The notes under the pieces were generated by a model that did not search any database, was not told where the DNA came from, and worked only from the letters and a program-made list of their open reading frames with translations. 64,000 bases of DNA from Alphaproteobacteria bacterium. GTDB lineage: Bacteria > Pseudomonadota > Alphaproteobacteria > MPNO01 > UBA830. A program made the position numbers and the translations under genes. The stretch spans positions 1,056,001 through 1,120,000 of the forward strand of contig OZ219791.1 in NCBI GenBank assembly GCA_964291215.2. Reading direction: 5' to 3'. Position 1 is the stretch's first letter. Every line of letters starts with the position of its first letter. Of this stretch, positions 55,338 to 64,000 are shown piece after piece.

Positions 55338-56384
55338 TCAGGCACCGCCTGTCCCGTTCTCCGCCTCAAGCTCGGTCCTCGCGGTGAGCTGCCGCCGCGC
55401 CGCGAGCGACGGTGCGTCGACGGCGAGGTCGATCCAGCCGCGCTCGGGATCCCGGTCGATCGATTGCTGTTGCGCCTCGAGGATCGTGACATCCTCAAGG
55501 AACGTTTGCAGGAAGCCGTCATACATCTCCTGTTTCCAGGCGTCATCGTCGAGCCGGAAGTCCCACACGTGGCCGTAGAAATAGAAGGTCGAGGTCTCGG
55601 TCTCGGGTGTCGGCGCATTGAGCGCACGTATGTGGATGCCCTCGTCATATTCCCGAGAGCCCTCGGGCGTACCGGCGCCCGTCGGCCCACACCCCGCGTA
55701 GACGATCGTATGGCCGGGCGGCCGGCTCTCGACGATCTGCCAGCGGTCGACCATGCCGTCGAACCCGCCGGCCTTCTGGAACAGTGGCGGTGCCGGACGA
55801 TTGACGATCCAGCGGGTCATCTGGACCATGTCGTCGGCCCTCTCCGTCTTCATCGGAAAATCCACGATGGCGTCGTTGCCGAGAGTCTGCTTGTGAACAT
55901 AGCCGAGATGGGACAGGTCCAGGAGGTTGTCGGTCACCAGCTCGTAATTGCAGCGGATGTGGAGAAGCGATCCGGGATTGAACCCCCAGCCCGGATCGCC
56001 GGTCCACCACCAGTCGGGGATCAGAGACTCGTCGGCGCTGCCGGGATCGCCCATCCAGATCCACAGGAAGCCGTGCTTCTCGACCAGCGGCCAACTCCTG
56101 ATCGCGGCGCCGGGCGGTACGCGCGACTGGCCCGGAACGGCGATGCAATGTCCACTCGCGTCGAATTCCAAGCCGTGATACCCGCACTGTACACGGTCGT
56201 CGATGACGGTGCCGAGCGAAAGGGGCAGGTGGCGGTGGCAACACCGATCCTCAAGCGCGACCGCGGTCCCGTTCGAGGTGCGGTACATGACGACGGGTTC
56301 GTTGAGAAGCATCCGGCCGAGCGGACCGCCACCTTCCAGTTCACTGGAATAAGCCGCCGCATACCAGCAGTTCTTCATGAACAT
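55338..56384 (-). CDS. Rieske oxygenase alpha subunit (VanA-like), tandem paralog
   Basis: Encodes CCHRHLPLS...CGYHG and DNLLDLSHLGYVH. Confidence 0.93.
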   Translation of the reverse strand: MFMKNCWYAAAYSSELEGGGPLGRMLLNEPVVMYRTSNGTAVALEDRCCHRHLPLSLGTVIDDRVQCGYHGLEFDASGHCIAVPGQSRVPPGAAIRSWPLVEKHGFLWIWMGDPGSADESLIPDWWWTGDPGWGFNPGSLLHIRCNYELVTDNLLDLSHLGYVHKQTLGNDAIVDFPMKTERADDMVQMTRWIVNRPAPPLFQKAGGFDGMVDRWQIVESRPPGHTIVYAGCGPTGAGTPEGSREYDEGIHIRALNAPTPETETSTFYFYGHVWDFRLDDDAWKQEMYDGFLQTFLEDVTILEAQQQSIDRDPERGWIDLAVDAPSLAARRQLTARTELEAENGTGGA

Positions 56385-56521
56385 TGTCGAAGCCTAGACA
56401 ATACGCACGGGAAATCAACCGCGTTGCCGGATTTCGGTGCGCCGCCGGGACCATACCCGCGATGGACAGGCCGCGCGGCACGCGATACCATCCGTCCGTG
56501 CGATAATGGAGAGGTACCGCT

Positions 56522-56959
56522 ATGTCTGGACCGTCCCATGACGGCGGATGCGCCTGCGGCGAAATCCGCTACACCGTCGCCCAGAAGCCGCTGCTGTCCT
56601 ATTGCTGCCACTGCACCGAGTGCCAGCGGCGGACCGGAAGCGCTTTCGGGATCTCCATGCAGGTCCGGACTGAGGCGTTCGAGGTAGTGAAAGGGTCGCC
56701 GAAGACCCGGACGCGGATCGCCGACAGCGGCAACGCGATCACGGTGAACTTTTGCGATATGTGTGGCACGGTGCTTTACTCGGCGTCGGTCGCGCGGCCG
56801 CATCTCAGGGTGGTCTATGCCGGGACGCTCGACGATCCTGGCGTGGTGCCGATCCAGCTCAACATCTGGGCCGACAGGGCGCTTCCCTGGGTCCACATGA
56901 GCTCGGAGATCGAGAGGATCCCGGGTCAGCCCAATATGGCCGACTACATCAAGCTGTAG
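56522..56959 (+). CDS. GFA family protein
   Basis: Encodes GGCACGEIRY, CHCTECQRRTGSAF and FCDMCGT. Confidence 0.92.
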   Translation: MSGPSHDGGCACGEIRYTVAQKPLLSYCCHCTECQRRTGSAFGISMQVRTEAFEVVKGSPKTRTRIADSGNAITVNFCDMCGTVLYSASVARPHLRVVYAGTLDDPGVVPIQLNIWADRALPWVHMSSEIERIPGQPNMADYIKL

Positions 56960-56984
56960 CGCCGGCGCCCCGGGGGAAAGCAGG

Positions 56985-57725
56985 ATGAACTACGGAACCC
57001 GCGCCAGGATCGGCATGCTGCTGCCGTCCGTCAACAGGGCCGCGGAACCGGACATGGCGGCGATGCTGCCGCCGGGCGTCTCGATGCACACGACACGCCT
57101 CCGGCTGCGGTCCAGCGCCTCGGCACATGTCCGCGAGATGGTCTCGAGCCTTGAGCAGGGCGCCGAACTGCTTGCCGACGCGGGTGTCGACCTGATCGTG
57201 TTCCACTGCACCGCGGCGTCGATGTTCGCGCCCGGTTTCGACGACGAGATTATCGGCCGCGTCGAGGACGCCACGGGCCGGGCCGCAACCTCGACATCGA
57301 AGGGATGCCTCGACGCGTTCCACGCTGTCGGCGCGCGGAAGATCACGCTCACGACGCCGTACAAACAGGTCGTCAACGACCGCGAAACCGTCTTCCTGAA
57401 GTCGCACGGCATCGAGGTGCTGTCCGATACCGCGATGGGCATCTCGGGCGATGGCGGGGCGATGCTCGCGGTCGAACCCGCGGAGTGGCAGCGGCGCGTG
57501 CGGATGCAGGATCAACCGGAATCGGACGCGGCGTTCATCAGTTGCACCGCGGTGCGGGCTGCCGTGGCGATCGATGCGATCGAGGACGAGATCGGCAAGC
57601 CGGTCGTCACCAGCAACCAGGCGATGCTGTGGCACGCGCTCCGCAAGATCGGCCTCGACGACATTGTGCCCGGCTACGGACGGCTCATGTCCCTGCCCGG
57701 CGCCTCGGAGCAGGCCGCGGCCTGA
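56985..57725 (+). CDS. Maleate cis-trans isomerase / Asp-Glu racemase family protein
   Basis: Encodes RIGMLLPSVN, FHCTAAS, TPY, FISCTA and KPVVTSNQA. Confidence 0.9.
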   Translation: MNYGTRARIGMLLPSVNRAAEPDMAAMLPPGVSMHTTRLRLRSSASAHVREMVSSLEQGAELLADAGVDLIVFHCTAASMFAPGFDDEIIGRVEDATGRAATSTSKGCLDAFHAVGARKITLTTPYKQVVNDRETVFLKSHGIEVLSDTAMGISGDGGAMLAVEPAEWQRRVRMQDQPESDAAFISCTAVRAAVAIDAIEDEIGKPVVTSNQAMLWHALRKIGLDDIVPGYGRLMSLPGASEQAAA

Positions 57726-57768
57726 CCCCCGGGTTTCCGGCGCCGCGCGGCCAGACGTGAAACCTCGG

Positions 57769-59406
57769 CTATCCGCGTATCTTTCCGGGCTGAACGAGAT
57801 GCCACGGGTCGGGCACCTCGCCAATCGGATACTCGATGAGCGTCGGCCCGGAGGTATCGAAGGCCCGGGTGATGGCGCGTTCGAGTTCGGGCGGGCTCTT
57901 CGCGCGCAGCCCCTGGATTCCGAAGGCGTCCGCGAGTTTCATGAAGTCGGGATTCTTCAGGTCGACCGCGATTTCCTTGCCGTCGAACAGCTGCTGCTGG
58001 AAGCGCTTGACGTTACCGTAGGCGCCGTCGTTGAACAGCACCAGCACGAGATCGATGCCGTGCTGTGCCGCGGTCGCCAGCTCCTGCACGTTGAACATGA
58101 ACCCGCCGTCACCCGAGATCGCCAGCACCTTGCGGTCCGGCCGTCCGACCTTGGCGCCCATGGCGGTCGGGGCCGCATAGCCGAGCGTCCCCTGATAGCC
58201 GGGATGGATGTAGGTGCGCGGGTGGTAGACCGGAAAGACGAGCCGGGCGACATAGCCGGGCTGCGTCAGCTCCTCGACGAAGATCCCGTCTTCGGGCAGC
58301 GCCCGCCGGATCGCCTTCAGTATCGGCATTTGCGGATCGAGCCGGTCGAACTCTTCCTGGAGGGCCGACCTCAGCGCCGCGATCTTTTCGGTGCGCGATG
58401 CGCGGGCGCGATTGTGGCGCGGCACCGCGTCGAGAAGCGCGTCCAGGCCTGCCGCCGCGTCGGCGCAGACCGACGCGGCCGGCGTATGGTTGCGGCCCAT
58501 TTCTCCGGCGTCGATGTCGACGCGTACCACCTTGAGTTCATCATCTGTCCCCCAGACAGGGACCATGGGCACGAGCCGCGTGCCGACGCCGAGAACCACG
58601 TCCGCGTCCCGCCACAGCTGGTGGCCGTGCGGCGGGGTGAGCGCCAGGGGATGGCGTGAACTGACGGCGCCGAGCGCGCCGCGCGTCATGACCACCGGCG
58701 CCTGCAGCATCTCGGCAAGCGCAGCGAGTCCGGCGCCGGCATCGGCGGCTCCGCCACCGGCGATGATGAGCGGCTTTTGCGCGCTGCCGAGGAGTCGCGC
58801 CGCGGCCTCGACATCGTCGGGGTCGGGGGCGACGGCGGTGCCGTCCGGTGCGGGATCGAGCGGCTGCACGCCGGCTTCAGCGTGCATGACGTCCATCGCC
58901 ATCTCGATCATCACCGGCCGCTTGCGGCCACTCATGAGCTGGTGGAAGGACTCGCCGACGACTTTCGGCGCATCGCCGGGCGTGTCCATGCGTGCCGCCC
59001 ATTTCGTGAGTCCGCGTGCAAGTCCCAGCTGGTCGGGAATCTCGTGGAGTTGTCCGGTCCCCTTGCCGATCAACCGGGAGGGGATCTGGCCGACGATGCA
59101 CAGGAGCGGCGCATTCACGGCGTACGCGGTCGCGATCGCGGACGACGCGTTGAGCAATCCCGGCCCGGGAACGACGATCGCGGTACCCGGCCTGCCCGTC
59201 GCCATGGCGTAGCCCAGCGCCATGTAGCCGGCTCCCTGCTCGTGGCGCGTGTGGATGACCCGGATGCGGTTCCGCGCATCGTGAAGCGCGGCGAACAGCG
59301 GATCGAGCTGGACGCCGGGGATCCCGAACACGGTGTCGACGCCGTGGCGCGCGAGCGCATCGACGATCGCCTCGCCGCCGGTCATCCGTGCCGTCTCGTC
59401 CGTCAT
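57769..59406 (-). CDS. Thiamine pyrophosphate-dependent enzyme (acetolactate synthase-like)
   Basis: Encodes VFGIPG, RHEQGAGYMA, PGPG and GDGGFMF...FND. Confidence 0.93.
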   Translation of the reverse strand: MTDETARMTGGEAIVDALARHGVDTVFGIPGVQLDPLFAALHDARNRIRVIHTRHEQGAGYMALGYAMATGRPGTAIVVPGPGLLNASSAIATAYAVNAPLLCIVGQIPSRLIGKGTGQLHEIPDQLGLARGLTKWAARMDTPGDAPKVVGESFHQLMSGRKRPVMIEMAMDVMHAEAGVQPLDPAPDGTAVAPDPDDVEAAARLLGSAQKPLIIAGGGAADAGAGLAALAEMLQAPVVMTRGALGAVSSRHPLALTPPHGHQLWRDADVVLGVGTRLVPMVPVWGTDDELKVVRVDIDAGEMGRNHTPAASVCADAAAGLDALLDAVPRHNRARASRTEKIAALRSALQEEFDRLDPQMPILKAIRRALPEDGIFVEELTQPGYVARLVFPVYHPRTYIHPGYQGTLGYAAPTAMGAKVGRPDRKVLAISGDGGFMFNVQELATAAQHGIDLVLVLFNDGAYGNVKRFQQQLFDGKEIAVDLKNPDFMKLADAFGIQGLRAKSPPELERAITRAFDTSGPTLIEYPIGEVPDPWHLVQPGKIRG

Positions 59407-59795
59407 GTCGACCCGCCCGCAAGGCGGAAGCTTGCCGTCACCGATCCCTCGTGGTGCCGGAGCCAGATGGTCAGGCGCTCGCCGTTGCGGCGGTAGCTGT
59501 CCCCGGTCTCCGGCTCCCAGCCGAGCGCCGGGAGGACGCGTCGGTAGAAGGCCCGGACGGCGTCGATGTCGGCTTGTCCGCGCGCGACGGCGGTCACCAC
59601 GCGGCCATAGGCGCTGTCGAACACCATGCCCTCGCCGGGAACCTCCTCCAGCCCTTCGGCAATCGGCATGTCGTCGATCCGCGAGAGATAGGCGGGCTCT
59701 GCCGCCAGGGGAGAGAGCAACAGCAGTAGCGCGGCGACGGCTGCGCTCGCCTGGCGGACCAGCCGCGCAGGAAGCCTATCTCTGGCGTGCGGCAC
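59403..59795 (-). CDS. Hypothetical exported protein
   Basis: Signal-like ALLLLLSPLAAE, then DDMPIAEGLEE, FDSAYGRV and FYRRVLPALGW. The GTG start overlapping the mutM end is inferred. Confidence 0.7.
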   Translation of the reverse strand: MPHARDRLPARLVRQASAAVAALLLLLSPLAAEPAYLSRIDDMPIAEGLEEVPGEGMVFDSAYGRVVTAVARGQADIDAVRAFYRRVLPALGWEPETGDSYRRNGERLTIWLRHHEGSVTASFRLAGGST

Positions 59796-60630
59796 AATAG
59801 AATGTCGACCGGCCGGCCTGCACGATGCGCCGGATGCCATCATCGCACTCGCAATCGGGGCAGGGTGTTCCGTCACGGCCATAAACCTTGAAGTTATGCT
59901 GAAAGTAGCCCAACTCGCCGCTCGGCGCTACATGGTCGCGCAGCGACGAGCCGCCGGCCTCGATTGCGTCGCGGAGAACCTCGCGGACGGCGTCGGCGAG
60001 ACGGGCGGCGCGGACGCCGCGTATGGTGGCCGCCATCCGGCGCGGCGACAGCCGGGCGACATACAGCGCCTCGCAGGCATAGATGTTGCCGACACCGGCC
60101 ACTACCCGCTGGTTGAGCAGGGCCGCCTTGACGGACATCCTGCGGTCCTCGAGGCGTGCGGTGAGGGCGGGACCGGTGAAGTTGGCGGAGAGCGGCTCCG
60201 GCCCGAGGTTCCGGATCAGCGGGTGATCCGGAAAGCCGTCCTTGTCGGTCAGAGTTATCAGGCCGAAACGCCGCGGGTCGGAAAACCGCACCGTGGTGCC
60301 GTTGCCGACCCGGAACACGATGTGTTCGTGGTCGCGGTGGCGTCCGGGATCCGCGTTTCCGGCGCCCGCCGCGTCGGCGGGGTCGATCACAATCCGGCCC
60401 GACATGCCGAGATGAGCCAGCAGCACCGTGCCGTCGTCGAATTGTCCGACCAGGTATTTTGCGCGGCGCTCGAGGCGCAGCAGGGTGCGCCCGCGCAGCC
60501 GCTCGGCGAAGTCGGCGGGAACCGGGATGCGCAGGTCGCGCCGGCGCACCTCGACGCCTTCGATGCGGCGCCCTTCCATGGCCGCTGCCAGTCCGCGCCG
60601 GACGGTCTCTACCTCGGGGAGTTCGGGCAT
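59776..60630 (-). CDS. mutM: Formamidopyrimidine-DNA glycosylase
   Basis: Encodes MPELPEVET, HLGMSG, DPRRFG, GVGNIYACE and a C-terminal zinc finger. Confidence 0.97.
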   Translation of the reverse strand: MPELPEVETVRRGLAAAMEGRRIEGVEVRRRDLRIPVPADFAERLRGRTLLRLERRAKYLVGQFDDGTVLLAHLGMSGRIVIDPADAAGAGNADPGRHRDHEHIVFRVGNGTTVRFSDPRRFGLITLTDKDGFPDHPLIRNLGPEPLSANFTGPALTARLEDRRMSVKAALLNQRVVAGVGNIYACEALYVARLSPRRMAATIRGVRAARLADAVREVLRDAIEAGGSSLRDHVAPSGELGYFQHNFKVYGRDGTPCPDCECDDGIRRIVQAGRSTFYCAARQR

Positions 60631-60676
60631 GGCGCCAGCCTAGCCGGAACGGCGGCTCTGCGCTATCCTCCGCGCC

Positions 60677-61432
60677 ATGAGCCTTTCGACCGACCGCGAC
60701 GGGGTTGCTTTCGGCTTCCGGCGGGTGGCGGAGTCCGAGCATGGTGGCCTCGTCGGCCAGATCTTCGACAGCGTTGCGGGCCGTTACGATCTGATGAACG
60801 ACCTGATGTCGGGCGGCCTTCACCGGCTGTGGAAGTCGGCCCTGATCGCCCGGATCGCGCCGCGCCCTGGCATGCGTCTTGTCGACGTTGCGGGCGGCAC
60901 CGGCGACATCGCCGCGGCCTTTCTCGCCCGCGGCGGCGGCGAGGCGATCGTCTGCGATGTCAACGAGAGCATGCTGCAGGCCGGCCTCGACCGCCGCCTC
61001 GACCGCGGCATCCTCGAGCCCCTGCCCCAGATCTGCGGGGATGCGCAGGCCCTGCCCGTCCGCGACTCCTGCGTCGATGTCTGCACGATCGCGTTCGGAC
61101 TGCGCAATGTCGCGCGGCGGCCGGCGGCACTGGCGGAGATGCGGCGCATCCTCGTTCCCGGCGGCCATTTCCTGTGCCTCGAGTTCAGCCCCGCCGTGCT
61201 GCCGCTGCTCCGGCCCTTTTATGACGCCTGGTCCTTCCACGTGCTTCCGCGGCTCGGCGGTCTGATCGCCGGCGACAGTGACGCCTACCGCTATCTCGCG
61301 GAAAGCATCCGGATGTTCCCGGGCCCCCACCAACTGGCCGGCGAGATCGGCGAGGCGGGCTTCGGCAATGTCACCCACCTTTCGCTGAGCGGCGGGATCG
61401 TTCGCATCCACTCCGCCTGGCGTGTCGACTAG
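60677..61432 (+). CDS. ubiE: Ubiquinone/menaquinone biosynthesis C-methyltransferase
   Basis: Encodes YDLMNDLMSGGLHRLWK, DVAGGTGDIA, AFGLRNV and YLAESIR. Confidence 0.95.
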   Translation: MSLSTDRDGVAFGFRRVAESEHGGLVGQIFDSVAGRYDLMNDLMSGGLHRLWKSALIARIAPRPGMRLVDVAGGTGDIAAAFLARGGGEAIVCDVNESMLQAGLDRRLDRGILEPLPQICGDAQALPVRDSCVDVCTIAFGLRNVARRPAALAEMRRILVPGGHFLCLEFSPAVLPLLRPFYDAWSFHVLPRLGGLIAGDSDAYRYLAESIRMFPGPHQLAGEIGEAGFGNVTHLSLSGGIVRIHSAWRVD

Positions 61433-61469
61433 GCCGGCAGGAGCATGGCGGCGCGGCATATGACGGGGC

Positions 61470-63002
61470 ATGCGACACCTTAGGCGGGCCGTGACGGTGT
61501 TCCGCGTGCTTGCGCGGCACGATGCGGCCTTCGTTCTCGAACGCTTCGGCACAGTCCGCCTTCCTGTCCGCGCTGCCGGCTGGCTGCTGCTGGCGCCGCG
61601 GAGCCGCGAGGTTGCCGGCATGCGCCGCGGCGAGCGGCTGCGGACGGCGCTGATCGCGCTCGGGCCGGCCTTCGTCAAGATCGGCCAGGCCCTCTCGGTG
61701 CGTCCGGACCTGGTCGGCGAGGAGATGGCCGACGACCTCGCGGCGCTCCTGGACGACATGCCGTCGATCGGCGGCGGCGAGGTCAGGACCGCCATCGAGC
61801 GCGAGTTCGGACAACCGCTCGACGAGCTGTTTTCCGAATTCGAGGACGAGGCAGTCGCCGCTGCGTCCATCGCCCAGGTTCATCGCGCGACCACCACGGA
61901 GGGCGTGGAGGTCGCGGTGAAGGTGCTGCGCCCGAAGATCGAGGATGCGTTTGCGCGCGACCTCGGCCTCGCGCGCTGGGCCGCCGGCCTGATCGAGCGG
62001 CGCCTGCCGCGGTTCCGGCGTCTGCGGCCTGCCGACGCCGTGGAGACGATCGCGCGCTCGGTCGAGATGGAGATGGACCTCCGGCTCGAGGGAGCGGCGG
62101 CCGACGAACTCCGTGCCAACTTCGCCGACGAGGCGTATTTTTCCGTGCCGGAGGTCGACTGGCAGCGTACGGGCCGCCGCGTGCTCACGATGCGCTGGGT
62201 GAACGGCGTTCCGATCGACCGCATCGGCGGAGAAAACGGCGGCATCGACCCTGGGGAGGTCGTGGCCAGCCTTGCCCGGATCCTCTTCCTCCAGGTGTTC
62301 CGGGACGGCTTCTTCCACGCCGATCTGCACCCGGGCAACCTGTTCGTCGATCAAGACGGCGTTGTCCATGCCGTGGATTTCGGAATCATGGGCCGGCTCG
62401 ACCTGGCGTCGCGCCGGTATCTTGCCGAGATGCTGCACGGCTTTCTGATCGGCGACTACGACCGGGTGGCGCACGCACACCTGCGCGCCGGCTACGTGCC
62501 GCCGTACCACTCGTCGGCGGAGTTCGCGCAGGCGGCGCGCTCGATCGCGGAGCCCATTCTCGGCCTGCCGCTCGGCGAGATCTCGCTCGCCCGCCTGCTC
62601 GCCCAACTGTTCGCGGTGACCCGGCGCTTCGACATGCAGACCCAGCCGCAACTCCTGCTTCTCCAGAAGACCATGCTGGTCGCTGAAGGTGTCGGGCGCG
62701 GGCTCTGCCCGGGCCTCAACATGTGGGAATTGGCGCGCCCGCTGGTCGAATCGTGGATGCGCTCGGGCGACGGGGCCGAAGCCCGCCTGCGCGAGGTTGC
62801 GGACGGGTTGCTCGATGCTCTCGAACGGTTCCCGCAGGTCCTGAAGGAACTCGAGAGATCGGCCGCGGACGCCGCTGGTCGCCGGCAGGAGGACAGTGCG
62901 CCGGTGGAGCCGGCGGCGGATCGGACTGCGCCCGGGCGCGAATGGCCGGGCTGGGTTGTGGCCGCGGTCCTCGTGCTCGCCGCCGTCGCCGTACTCAGCT
63001 AG
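61470..63002 (+). CDS. ubiB: Ubiquinone biosynthesis kinase-like protein
   Basis: Encodes LGPAFVKIGQ, AAASIAQVH, FFHADLHPGN, DFGIMG and QPQLLLLQKT. Confidence 0.95.
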   Translation: MRHLRRAVTVFRVLARHDAAFVLERFGTVRLPVRAAGWLLLAPRSREVAGMRRGERLRTALIALGPAFVKIGQALSVRPDLVGEEMADDLAALLDDMPSIGGGEVRTAIEREFGQPLDELFSEFEDEAVAAASIAQVHRATTTEGVEVAVKVLRPKIEDAFARDLGLARWAAGLIERRLPRFRRLRPADAVETIARSVEMEMDLRLEGAAADELRANFADEAYFSVPEVDWQRTGRRVLTMRWVNGVPIDRIGGENGGIDPGEVVASLARILFLQVFRDGFFHADLHPGNLFVDQDGVVHAVDFGIMGRLDLASRRYLAEMLHGFLIGDYDRVAHAHLRAGYVPPYHSSAEFAQAARSIAEPILGLPLGEISLARLLAQLFAVTRRFDMQTQPQLLLLQKTMLVAEGVGRGLCPGLNMWELARPLVESWMRSGDGAEARLREVADGLLDALERFPQVLKELERSAADAAGRRQEDSAPVEPAADRTAPGREWPGWVVAAVLVLAAVAVLS

Positions 63003-63112
63003 AGGGCGGCGGACGCCGACGCATGTCACCCGTCGGCGGGCTCGCTGCCACCGCCTTTACATCACGCTCCGAAGCGCTAGTCTGCGTCGTCGGTATTGCC
63101 GGGAGGGGCGCA

Positions 63113-64000
63113 ATGAATCACACGGGCGTGGACAGGCTGGTCTATGGTGTGCGCGATCGTGACGCGGCGTCCGGTTTCTGGACCGATTTCGGGCTCGAGC
63201 CTGCCGGCGACGGGGGCGGGCATACCGCCTGGCGCGCCGCCAACGGCGCTACGATAGAGCTGCGGCCGGCCGATGATCCCGATCTTCCTCCGCCCGTCGG
63301 CGCCGATGTCGACGCCACCCTGCGCGAGGTCACGTTCGGGGTGCAGGACGCCGCGGACCTCGATGCGCTGGAGGAGGCCCTGTCTCCGGATCGCGAGGTG
63401 CGGCGTGACGCCGAGGGCGGCATCCGGACTACCGATCCGCTAGGCTTCGGCCTCGCCTTCCGTGTCACTAGGAATCGGCCAGTTGCGGCGGCCGAACAGG
63501 ATGTCAACGTGCCTGGCCGGGCGACGCGCGTAAACCGGCGCGCGCCGAGAGTTGATCGTGCGCGGCCACTCGAGGTCTCGCATGTCGTCTATGTGACCGA
63601 CGAGCTCGAGGCGCACAAGGAGTTCTATGTCGACCGCCTCGGCTTCAGGGTCACCGACATGTATCCCGGGCGCGGCTATTTCACGCGGTGCAGCGCGGCG
63701 CACCACCACCACAACCTGTTTTTGCTCAATCCCGGGGGCGGCAAGCGCGGCTTCCACCATGTCGCCTTCGAGGTCGGAACGATCCACGATCTGTTCGGCG
63801 GCGGCAACAACATGACCCGGCAGGGCTGGAAGACCATGCTCGGCCCGGGCCGCCACCCTATCTCATCGTGCTATTTCTGGTATTTCCACAATCCCTCGGG
63901 GGGTGCGGCGGAATACGATTTCGATTCCGACGTGGTCGACGACGACTGGGAGGCCGCGACCTGGGAATCGAAACCCGAGAACTTCGCCGAGTGGTGCCTT
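63113..64000 (+). CDS. VOC family protein (extradiol dioxygenase-like), runs off the window end
   Basis: GGAGG RBS, then MNHTGVDRLVYGV, HVVY, FYVDRLGFRVTD, HHNLF, FHHVAFE and GPGRHPISSCYFWYFHNPSGGAAEY. Confidence 0.88.
   Translation, partial: MNHTGVDRLVYGVRDRDAASGFWTDFGLEPAGDGGGHTAWRAANGATIELRPADDPDLPPPVGADVDATLREVTFGVQDAADLDALEEALSPDREVRRDAEGGIRTTDPLGFGLAFRVTRNRPVAAAEQDVNVPGRATRVNRRAPRVDRARPLEVSHVVYVTDELEAHKEFYVDRLGFRVTDMYPGRGYFTRCSAAHHHHNLFLLNPGGGKRGFHHVAFEVGTIHDLFGGGNNMTRQGWKTMLGPGRHPISSCYFWYFHNPSGGAAEYDFDSDVVDDDWEAATWESKPENFAEWCL

Overview
This is a high-GC chromosomal window, most likely alphaproteobacterial (inferred from mutM-ubiE-ubiB, tesA/ABC/permease, DUF1194 and cysE-cysK). Blocks of intact housekeeping and catabolic genes (about 10.7-28.1, 40.0-45.9 and 54.2-64.0 kb) alternate with three clusters of nested, decayed mobile elements (about 0-10.6, 28.2-40.0 and 47.5-54.2 kb). 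The clusters hold remnants of IS66 (ISBst12-type), ISAs1, IS4, ISAzo13, IS110, ISKra4-like and ISNCY-like elements, three group II introns, and a ~192-bp MITE with ISAs1-type ends. Three signals stand out. (1) A multicopy IS66-family element with intact ends and 8-bp target duplications carries a Dam/D12-like DNA adenine methyltransferase gene translationally coupled to its transposase. (2) A DUF4338 (DruA/Mom-like) domain sits N-terminal to both ISAs1 and IS4 transposases and also appears as stand-alone cargo next to an ISAs1-type end, so unrelated IS families here seem to carry putative DNA-modifying enzymes. (3) Mobile elements and pseudogenes are eroded by small deletions between short direct repeats, while neighbouring genes are intact. 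No CRISPR array, rRNA or tRNA was seen. Family assignments come from motif recognition by eye, not from database searches.
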